Source: the human T2T-CHM13v2.0 reference genome, Homo sapiens. Taken from it: a stretch of DNA of 64,000 nucleotides. A program made the translations under genes and the position numbers. Each line of letters begins with the position of its first letter. Position 1 is the first letter of the stretch. A model generated the notes under the pieces. The model saw only the letters and a program-made list of their open reading frames with translations, was not told the DNA's origin and ran no database searches. Location of the stretch: the NCBI RefSeq assembly GCF_009914755.1, contig NC_060940.1; one strand, given 5' to 3'. This document shows positions 51,798 through 64,000 of this stretch, one piece after another.

Positions 51798-52721
51798 AAC
51801 AAAAACCATATGGTTGTTCCAATGAAGATTAACTGACAGAATCTGTGGGGAGAGCACAGGTGATGGTATTTTTTTAAAGTAGTCATGTGATTATGGTTGG
51901 ACGCCTAGGCTGAGAGACACTTAGCTAAGCCTTGCCTCTTAAGTTTCAATGTACATATAAATCATTTCTGATTCCTCTCTGATTACATTACTCTCTTAGT
52001 AATGTAATTCTGCAGGTTTGGAAGGGGTCCAGGAATTGGCTTCTTTAAAAAGTTTTCTCTTAATGCTGATGCTTCTCCCAGTACATCCATTGTAGTAGCA
52101 CTCAGCTAGAGAAAGTAGTCACAGGACACAGAGTTCCTGACACCCAACACTGTTACCACAACATAAATACTTTTGGCCCAAAGTGGAAATCACCAATCAC
52201 TATTAACAAGCATGTTATTCTCTGCTGGCTCTTTAAAGTTTACAGATGCTAGAGAACATTAGAGTAGGCCTGCATTTGAAAAACATGTATACATGAGTTA
52301 ATACAATGTTTATTGAGCATGTACTATGTATTCAGAAGTATGTTACACAGCTGTGCTGGAAACATCACATGGTGAGTTCATCCTTATAGCTTCCTAGAAG
52401 TTGGGTACTAAACATTCTGTAATTCCCCGGATTGAATGGCCCAGCATTTCTATGTTTTCTTTTAGTTTTAAAATAATTTACCTATAAAGAAAATGTGTAG
52501 AATAAAAGCTGTGTAGCTCAGAGGGATACAGAAAGAAAGGGTGAACTGCTCAGAAGGATTTTTTTGGTATTTATGTTGACTTTCTTGTGCCTTGTAGAGC
52601 AACTACTGGATCTGCAGAAATAAACTGCAGGTTGCTAGGTGGGATTTCTCTAGAAGCACTGGCTTCAGTGAAAAAAAATTGTGACCCAGAAATGTATAAT
52701 TATTTGCTCCCATTTATCTGC

Positions 52722-53031
52722 TTTTTTTTTTTTTTTTTTTTTTTTTTTTTGAGATGGAGTCTCGCTCTATCACCCAGGCTGGAGTGCAGTGGCGCAATCT
52801 CGGCTCACTGCAAACTCCGCCTTCCGGGTTCATGCCATTCTCCTGCCTCAGCTTCCTGAGTAGCTGGGACTACAGGTGCCCGCCACCGTGACCGGCTAAC
52901 TTTTTGTGTTTTTAGTAGAGACGGGGTTTCACTGTGTTAGCCAGGATGGTCTTGATCTCCTGACCTTGTGATCCACCCGCCTCGGCCTCCCAAAGGGCTG
53001 GGATTACAGGCATGAGCTACCGCGCCTGGCC
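52722..53031 (-). mobile_element. AluY-like element specific to duplicon copy 2
   Basis: Pure poly(T) tail, atctgcttttt target-site duplication, AluY diagnostics; copy 1 has the empty site (atctgtttttattttcagg, ~30148). Confidence 0.92.
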
Positions 53032-53939
53032 ATCTGCTTTTTATTTTCAGGAAATTGTGGGCTGTAGCTCAGGAGAGGCAGCAGGAACCACCACTCAATT
53101 TTCTGATCTCCTTTAATTAGTTCTGTGAGAGGAGATTCTAGAGTGAAGCCCAATTCAGATGAGGCCTTAGAAGAGGGTGGATCTGGGTAGGGCTGGGACA
53201 GAAAGTGGGTCCCATGTGGCTGATGTCTATGCTGGTGCAGTATTTCTAGTTCTGTCTTTCTTAAGCCTGCCCTGTAAAAACTTGACTTCTAGAGTTTGTA
53301 TAATTTAATCTATTTTAGCCATTTCCCTGTCAATTTTTATAACACACAATAACAAGGAATTAAAAAAAAAACACTTAGGGTGTTTTAGGACAATTAAATG
53401 GGAAGCTAAAAAATTATTTTTACTGAGGTAAAAGAAATAGGAATAATCACAACAATAACAATAATTCTTCTGTCTGTGAATTGCACTTCAGGTGGTGACA
53501 TCAGATCTCACAACAACAACATAAGGGAAGTGGAACAAATGTAACCAAAGTCCCCTGTACCCCTCCCTTCTCTCTTCTGACCACAGAATGTTGAATTCAA
53601 TCATTTAGCCATTTGCTCTGGAATGAAAGTATCTGGACAGTAGAAACCATGAGTGTTTCATCTGTTTTTCTAATGGTCATATGATATAGTTGAGATGTCC
53701 CCTCCAATCTCATATTAAACTTTAATCCCTAATGTTACAAGTGGGCCTGATGGGAGGTGGTTGAAGCATGGGGATGGATTCCTCATGGCGTTGTGCTGTG
53801 TTTGTCATGGTGAGTACTCACGAGATTGGTTGGTTTAAAAGTGAGACCTATCCCTCCCCCATCTTTCCTGTTCCCATTCCTACCATGTGAGATGCCTGCT
53901 CCTCTTTCATCTTTCACCGTGACTCTAAGCTTCTTTATA

Positions 53940-54331
53940 TGTTAATGTTGTTACACAATTTAACTCAATTTTCTTATAAAATTAACTGACAAAATTTTAC
54001 GTTATTATATCATAAAAATAAATAAATATGATATCACATATGTGTTATGACATCACAATATATTATAATACCATAATTTGTATGTATCATGACATCACAA
54101 TGTACATGACACCATAATTTGTATGTATCATGACATCACAATATTTTATGATATCATAATTTGTATGTATTATGACAGCACAATATATTTTGATATCAAT
54201 TCATATGTATTATGACATCACAATATATTAAGGTATCACAATTCATATGTATTACTATGATATTATAATAACATTAAAATTTTGTTAGGTAATTTATAAG
54301 AAAATTGTGTTAAATTTTATAACAACATTAA
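53940..54331. repeat. Inverted-repeat-enclosed TGACATCA/TGATATCA minisatellite, copy 2
   Basis: Arms gttaatgttgttacacaatttaactcaattttcttataaaattaactgacaaaattt and aaattttgttaggtaatttataagaaaattgtgttaaattttataacaacattaac. Confidence 0.85.
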
Positions 54332-55188
54332 CTTATAAACTTAATAGAATCTAAGAATATTATCTGCTCTTGTGTAAATGACTGCTTAAGATATTATAAC
54401 ATATATTCAAAATTTGTTTATATATCAAATAAATTATATATAATATTATAGTATCAATATATAATGATATTATAAGTTCCATTTAAATCCTATTTAAATT
54501 CAGACAATTTTATTAGGCAGTGTCTGTCTGTCTATCACCTGATTTCTTGGGGGTTCCACTATTTGCACACAAACAGCACAGCTGGGAAAACACAGAGTCA
54601 CCCAGCACAGGCTCTTCCCTGGATCTTTCCCCTCCTCAGGGCATCAGTTCATCAGTCAACCAAGCCATCTGAGAGCGGAAGAGCAAGTACTCTCTACCAT
54701 AGAAGTTCTTATTCCTGCATGCTTTTCTCAGAAGAGGGAAAAACAAGAAGGTCATTTTAGGGGACACTTGCTGGGACATGAACTAAGTCTTCTACAGTTT
54801 GATAGCTCTAACCAGCAGATACAGATTTCTTAGTAGGAAGGAATGAGGCAGCTGTCCTGAGCCTGGAAGCTCCATCATACCTTGTTCCATCTTGTTTAGG
54901 TGATTTTGAGAGGCTGCTCTGGAATATGTCTCAATGGTGGATGTTGGGAAACAACACAGGCTTTGATGGGACTCAGGTGGTGTTTGTTGTGTGAAGACAC
55001 AGGCTGAATGCTCAGGATCTAGGCTGTTTTTCTTCTGGTCAGTTGTGTTACCTGTTTGGGACCAAGTCCAGTTTTACTAGAGAGGCTGAATAAATTCTAA
55101 AAAACAAAGTAGAGCTTTGAGGAAGGGTGACAAAGGGGGAAAGTTTCTCTCTCCACCTAGACTTTTTGCTGCCTCAGGAATCACAGGC

Positions 55189-55762
55189 TGATTAAATTAC
55201 TGTCAGCTCTAATCTAACCAATTCAATTCAATTCAATTCAATTTGATCTAATTATCTTCCCCCTTGTTAACGTAGAAATAGCCATTTTATTTGGTATTTA
55301 CTTTTTCTCCACTTTTTATTTTATCAAATATGTATTTATCTAATACAATCAACCATAATTTTAATTTGACATTTCCAAGCATTTGAAAAATTATATCTAT
55401 GTACATGATTTTAACACTACGTATAATGCTCTTCCTTTGCAAAATGTATAAAACAGTTCAATATAGATATGTTTAATTCTGCATCTTGAAAAATAAGCAG
55501 TATCAAAATACTTCCAGGTAGGAATTGGGACAGAAATTAGAAAAAATGATTCCCCTATCATCTGATTTCTGTGCCCCTGACTTTTTTAGTTTTTGTTTTT
55601 GACACTATGGCAAGACCCAGAAAGTGTCTCCCATTAACTGTGTTTAGGTCCCTAATAAAATTACAGCATTAAACTTATCTTATTGAGGCCCTAATGAGGA
55701 AGGAAAAATAAAACTGTTCAGCCAATAAGAGTAAGCCACGCCCAGCTGAGGGACATATAAAA
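55189..55762 (+). promoter_or_regulatory. FRG2 copy 2 promoter-like region: DUX4 motif cluster (55189-55254) and TATA box (55756-55762)
   Basis: TGATTAAATTA (reverse complement TAATTTAATCA, exact consensus match), TAATCTAACCA, (ATTCA)4, TGATCTAATTA; TATAAAA ~75 bp before the start-codon position. Confidence 0.6.
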
Positions 55763-55834
55763 GGCAGGTCTAGGAGAATAACTCACACTGTGAATCAGGA
55801 CGTGTGAGAGAGAGCAGCTTTCATTTGAGTTTGA

Positions 55835-56965
<1,131 letters not shown>

Positions 56966-58759
56966 TGAAAGACCCTGAAGCAGTCCTAGGAAAGGAGCTT
57001 GAACAATGTACTCAAAACAGTGAACTCTGCAATTTGTAGACGGCTAAGATTATAAACAAATTATATATCTCTTGTTAGACATTTGATGTCTATTGGATGT
57101 CTCATGACAGTCATGCATTTCTATATAATCAGACAAATATGAGGATGTAATTATTCATATACCTTTTCATATTTTCAATTATAACAAAATAAATATAAAA
57201 TTATGTGCTTCTTTTTTAATTCAGAAAAGTTTGTAACCTCTCACTCGCCCACACTGAACCCAAGAACACTAATATCCACAAACACTTAAAATACTCTTCA
57301 TGGGAAAAATGTCAATATATTTTTACAGTTTAATAAAATTATGGTGAAATCACCACACAAGGTGTTTACTATGAATATTTTTACATAAAATTGAAGTCAA
57401 GATATGTTAAATGTAATTGATCATAATTATTTATTCTTCTCTTGACTCATATTTCCCTCATTTTAAATTTTTGAAATTTAAACTTTATTCTATTTTATGC
57501 ATTTCAGTTGATCATACTGTATTATAGGATATTAAATGTAATATAAATATTGTCATTTATTTTACCTGTGGTTACATTTTATATTTTTCTTCTTGCATTT
57601 TACAGTGAGATTATGAAATCTTTCATCATAAAATGTATTTTTTTGTTGTTCTCTGCCTCATAATTTTCGTATACAAGATGATATAAAGATTAATGTTTTT
57701 GAGAATATTCAATTTTAGATAATTTTGTATTTCATCCACACTGAATTTTTATTTACTCCATGTGTGAGTTGGAGGACATTTTATTACCTTCACTTCTGAT
57801 TTATTTTCACCCTGACCCCTCACACTCCACAACTCTTGTTTTAATCAAAGAATAGTGATTTATCATTCCAGTAAATGGAGCCAATTCAATGAAAATATAC
57901 AGATATACCTTGGAGATATATGGCTTTTGCTCTAAACAAGTATAATAAAACAAATATCACAACAATGTGAGTCATGCAATTTTTCTTCTTTCCCAGTGCA
58001 TATGAAAGTGATGTTTACACTATACTGTAGAATAAGACTGAAATAGCCTATGTTTGTAATAACAATGTACAAACCTTAATAAAAATATACTTTATTGCAA
58101 AAAAAAGCTGACACAGATGTAAACACACACAAAGGTCACATGATGTTGGAAAAATAGTGTTAACAGAGTCACTCAATATAGGGTTGCAAAAAGCCTTCAA
58201 CTTGTAAGAAATCCAATATCTATAAAGAACAATAAAATGCCATAAGACTAGGTATGCCTGTGTAACAGTGTTCACTAGTGATTTAGAAATCATACATAAA
58301 GGATATTTACATATTTATAAAAGTAACTGACCTGTTACAGAATGAGTAGGAGATAAAAATTACAAAATGATTTATAAAGTAAATTAAAAGGAAGACCAAG
58401 TCCGAAACATTCCCGAGTGGACAGAATCAGTTAGACATCCTCAGGGACCTCATCTTGTTGACTTGCAAATAAGCAAAACATAACGTGAGCTATTTTTTGT
58501 GAATGCCTGCATTAAAAAAAAAAAGAACTTAAGCTTAAATTATCAAAAGTACCAAGAATCTTATAGTAATATATGTCTATAAGGTAAACCAAAAAATACA
58601 ATTTTATAACTGCAACAAATCACATAATTTTAATATTTTGTTCCTGCATTTGTTCAATACAATCATACCTCTGACACTTTGCCGTTGAAGTGGAAAGCCT
58701 CTCTTGCTCTGGTGTTCCACAATTCATAAGTTGCTTCTTTCTCAAGAAAATATTTTTAA

Positions 58760-59095
<336 letters not shown>

Positions 59096-62000
59096 TAAAA
59101 TAAACTAGCTATACATAAATCTAACAAACATTTGTTAAGCATATGAGAAAGACCATAAAAAGTCCTTGAAATATAAGAAAATCAGCATAAACAAATGGAA
59201 AACCAAATCATGTTCTAAGGTAGAAATGCTCAATATCACTCAATCATCATTTTTCTTCAAAGTAATTCAGAAATTTAATTTTGTCCCAGTAGAGATACCA
59301 TCTGGTATTGGAAGCAGCCACTTTATTGCAAGACTCCTATAGATGGAAACATAAGTGAGAACAGCTGAGAAAACTCTGAAAAAGTAGAGTGGCTATGCCA
59401 CCCTATGAGACATGCTGATTTATGAATATATGGATAGCTCAGTGGAAGTACAAATTTAAAATAAACCACAGTGTATGAGAAAGTGTCTCTGTTCAGGCTG
59501 TTAAATAAAATACATTAGACTGGCTAATGTATAAATAACAGAAATATATTGGTCACAGTTCTGGAGGCTGTAAAGTTCAAGATCAAAGCACCAGCAAATT
59601 CAGGGTCTGGTGAGGATCCTGTTTCTCATAAATGGTGCCTTCTTGCTGTGCCTCACATGGTGGCAAGGACAAAAGTGCTCCCTTCAACCTCTATTACAGG
59701 GTATTAATTACATTTATGAGGATGAAGCCCTCCTGAGTGAGTCACTTCCCACAAGGCTCCATGTTTTAAAACTATCATATTAATGATTAAGTTTTTACAA
59801 ATGAGTTTTTACAAGGAGACACAAACTCAGAGGATAGCAAAAAAGTCAACTGGCAATACAAACTACAGTTGGGTAGACATCATTAATGCTTTGGGTTTAG
59901 GAATCTGATGTTTCTATCATAAAGGTAAAAAATAACGTGCTAATTATAACCTGCAGTAAAATAAAGGTCAAATGAAAGATAAATCTATACAATGAAAAAA
60001 TCAAGTTTTTACAAGGTAAATTATTAAAGGTTGTATCAGGATTTTTGTGGTTTCTGGGGATGAATAAGAAACCAGAGATTCCTCCTGTGCCTTTTTTACT
60101 GAAGTTTCTGATGCTCTTACTCAATTTGAAAGTGTATAAAAATTTTTCCTGTTTCTGTCTTTGATAAATTCAAAATAAAATTGGCCTTCATATGCTTGAT
60201 CCTAAAACACTTATTTACTCAGTGTTGCTCTGCTGAGGAAGGGCACTGAGTCTCACATGCACAGAACCATCATGTTCTGTCAGATACAGGACTTCTCCCT
60301 GAACCAGAGCCTCACCATTCACACATGATCAGAGGCTTTGCTAGGCATACATTGCTCTGTGCTCTCCCACACAGGCTCAACCCTGAACATCTGACTCTGA
60401 AGATGACTGATGAACATGTTCCCTAGTACTCTAATTTACAGAAATTTTGTTTTCTCTTAATAATATCTAACAGAACTCTAGGATATTTCCTGACTCCACC
60501 TACCACATACAGAGAGACTGGGAGATTTGGACAGAAGCTTGGATCCTCACTCAAAGCCCTGCCCTGTCCCATCAGCTTTTCTAGAAGTACAATGTTCTAA
60601 TTACTCTTGAGAGACCACATGTCAGGGCATCTCTCTGTGTCAAATGAATAAAAATGAGAAGAGAAACAGGCTAAAATTTCTGCTGAGGGTTGTATCTAAG
60701 TGTCTACTTCCCAGACTTATGTCTCTATTTTACACAATTATTGACAAATATAATTTCATCTTTAGAGGAAAAACTAAAGAAGTAACCCCAGCTCACATAG
60801 GAAGGAGAAAATAGAATCAATGTTCTATAGAATCCAGCTTACCTCAGCCATGAGGTGGTAAGTCTCCTCAGAAAAACGTAGTTGTCCTCGATCATCATAA
60901 ACAACTGTGGCATCAGACAGCTGGACACTGAGAATGCAGGATATTCCCTGGGATTCCATGCCTATATCACAGAGAGAAGCTAATACCACAGGTCCTGTTG
61001 TACCATTTGGTCTAACTAATACTACTCCACTACCTGGCCCAACAGGATTCCCCAACTCTTCTCTGGGCCTCACTAGGGATAGTTCAGAAAGACAAAAAGT
61101 TATTAATGCCTCTCTATTTCTGTAGTTTCTGGGGTATAATTTGTTCATTTTTAGGTTTTCAGTTTTTGTCCTCCCTCTACATCCACAGAATTTTTGTCTC
61201 CTATGCTTGTACCTATAACTTTATGTAGTCATTTTTTCTAGTCTAGTCACCCGTACTGTCTTCTAGTCATTTTTTTCTAGTATAGCGAGATGATATGGAC
61301 ACAAGAACTTCTATATAAAAGTTCACTTTTATATAGAACACAACCCTTTTTGGGCTGGACTGTAATTCAGAGAATGTAGAAACCAGATTTGCCTGGGGTT
61401 GCAGCTAAGGAAAAGAAAGACCCATCTTGCCCAGGAATGATCAGTGAGAAATCTCAGAGTTTGAAAATGGATGCCTATAGACTTCAGGGAAGTTCTCTTA
61501 ATCTTAGAGTCAGTAAAGAAGGGATTTTGGGTTGTTTAGGGGAAAGTCACGTTCAATTTACAAATTATATATGTGTGGACCCAGAGGAAAAAAATAAGTA
61601 AAATCAAACAGTTTGCTATGTTGATAAATATAGTGATAAAAGCCACAATGTGATTAAAATGCAAGTGGTCTCAAAACCCTAAAGGTTACACGAATGAGCT
61701 TCAACTGACACATGGTGTGGCTGGAGTCACCTGATTATTATGCTAAAGTGAGACATGATTGATACCTCAAGAAGTGGGTCAAAGGCTGATGCAGTTATCA
61801 TGCCAGGAATGGTCTGGGGCCTTCTAAACCATCGGACAAATAGGTCACCTTTCACCAAGAAGCACAAATCTGGCATGCAGTGATGACCTCTGCATTACAC
61901 GTGGATTCAGGCTTGGTTTTGGGCTTAATTGTGGTAACTATTTTCAGAGAACAGATCCTTATTATGGACTCCTAAATGAAGGACCTGACAGATCAGCAGA

Positions 62001-62314
62001 TAAAATTCTGGTGTGAACCCAACAAAAAGATATCCTTTACCAAATAGCCTTTAGTTTCAATGTGGAAGATTAAACAGTTAAAACATGGCCAGTGATCCAA
62101 AACCCTGAGCTCTTACCATTTACAGGAGCAGCCAGCCTGGCTTCAGGTTCTGTGTGACTAGCACTGAGGTTAGACATCCACAACCGCCCAGTGAGCACCA
62201 TAAGGTGGCACCTTTCTTGACTCTTGAGTGAATTAGGGCCAGGCATCTAGGAATCATTCAGTAAATTGAAGACCCCATAGAGCCAGCAGTTTTTCTTCAA
62301 ACAGTGAAGTGGGA

Positions 62315-62683
62315 TGAATTGGTTCATTTTCATACTGCTGATAAAGACATCCCTGAGACTGGGCAATTTACAAAAGAAAGAGGTTTAATGAACCCACGGT
62401 TCTACGTGCTGGGGAGATCTCACAATTATGGCAGAAGGTAAAAGGCATGTCTCACATGGTGGCAAACGTGAGAAAAGAGAATGAGAGTAAAGCAAAGCAA
62501 AAATGGTTTTTCCTTATAAAACCATCAGATCTTGTGAGACTTATTCACTACCACCAGAAAAGTATGGGGAAAACCACCCCCATGATTCAATTATTTCCTA
62601 CCAGGTCCCTCCCACAACACTTGGGAATTATGGGAGCTAAAACTCAACATGCAATTTGGGTGGAAAACAGCCAAACTGTATCA
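62315..62683 (-). mobile_element. THE1 MaLR solo LTR, copy 2
   Basis: Paralogous to 40390-40755 at the same position in the unit. Confidence 0.88.
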
Positions 62684-64000
62684 GAGGGCATAAAATTTTC
62701 ACCAAAGAACCTAATTTTTCTGTTACAGCTAAGATATTCCTGTGACAGTCCAATTTTCTTTTAGAATATGTTACATTCTAAGTGGGATTCTGATGTCTTG
62801 GAGAACTCAAATTTACTCACTTCAAAATTGGAATGTCAAGCTGGGAAGTCCCAAGCCCTTGATGTGTCAGGATTAAGTTTGACAGGAGCTTCAAAGCAAG
62901 CTCATCAATGACTTTCAAATCAGTGTAAATAGTAGTGTTAGGAAGACTATGTGTCAAAAGTTCTAAGGTGGAGGCTGACTCCCTCTCTCAGAGGCTTCAG
63001 ATGAAAACAATATCAAGTATTCCTTGGCTGCTAGAAGAATTGAACTATGTAAATCTGCCCACATAGTTCCAGTGAGTCTTAACTGGAAAACAGGACTATG
63101 GGATGTTGGGGATTTTATCAGCTACTGGCAGAGATATGTTACCATTCTAGACGGGAGCATGAAGGCAGATGCTTCTAAATTGGCAGCCAATAAACATCAC
63201 CTACAGAGTTAAACTTTTTGGACATCAGAGGGTAGAGGCACTCATGATGAATTCTGCCCTGCCACTGTGGCAAATGGCAGGGAAGTTTGTCTCACACTCC
63301 TTGACTTGTTTCTCACCCAGTTTAGAGTAATCCCCTCTGGCACTTATGGGGCAGATAAGGACAAAAACACCTAACCTGACAATTGCTACTATAGATTCTG
63401 ATGTAGAAACAAAACAAGACATTGATTTAGTTCAAAAAGCTCCATCTCCATTGTTATGTGGCCTTTTTCCCTCACTGTCACCCCGCCCAAACACTATTAT
63501 TTGAGTTGTGCTGTTTGTTTTTATTTTATTGTTTACCTTTGTTTTACGTTATCATCTATGTAAACACAAATCAACAAGTTACACTATCCCCAGGACAGGG
63601 GAATGCAAAAAACCAATAAAGGCTGGCACAGGTGTGTTTTGGGGATAGGACAGGGCAATGGGGAGGTGTTATTCTCTCTAAACTTTTCACCCTGAGTTCT
63701 GTGCTGCCTCCTCACCACTGTACTTTCTAGTTTTTGGAAAGTATTCAGGATCAGAAGCCTCCATTTGATGAAGGAGAATGAAGTCCAAGATCAAGATGTG
63801 GGCAAGGTGGTTTTTCTCTGAGGCCTCTCTCCTGGGGTTGTAAGTGGCCGCCTTCTCCTTATGTCCTCATGTGGCCATTTCTCTGTGTGTGCACGTTTGT
63901 ATCTTTATCTCCTCCTTTGTGGAGACAACAGTTACATTGGATTAGGGTTCTCCCTAAGGTCCTCATTTAAAATTTTTTTTTGTAACTGATAAAAATTGCC

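Overview
Primate (human-like) non-coding, repeat-rich DNA with no intact protein-coding gene that I can support; it is a pseudogene graveyard built by segmental duplication. Recognisable content: processed pseudogenes of C2orf69 (-), AGGF1 (two copies, opposite strands) and RARRES2 (+); two decayed intron-containing FRG2 paralogues carried on an old ~12.5-13 kb direct duplication (~29228-42108 and ~51803-64000, running off the window); an unprocessed FGFR3 fragment (five exons with splice sites); a diverged beta-satellite-like block; and many L1, Alu, LTR and DNA-transposon relics. This combination of pseudogenes resembles what I recall of the pericentromeric 16p11 FRG2/AGGF1P/RARRES2P/C2orf69P/FGFR3P cluster (inference, not verified). 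Most interesting observations: (1) a probable, very decayed, intron-containing RALGDS/RGL-like gene on the minus strand at ~316-5690; (2) clustered DUX4-type motifs kept upstream of both dead FRG2 copies; (3) two head-to-head L1 3' ends, each with its own A-tail, inside one target-site duplication; (4) a TGACATCA/TGATATCA minisatellite enclosed by ~65-bp inverted repeats in both duplicon copies; (5) a templated insertion in the second FRG2 3' UTR copied from 5.2 kb downstream. All homology calls are by eye against remembered sequences, and most boundaries are approximate.
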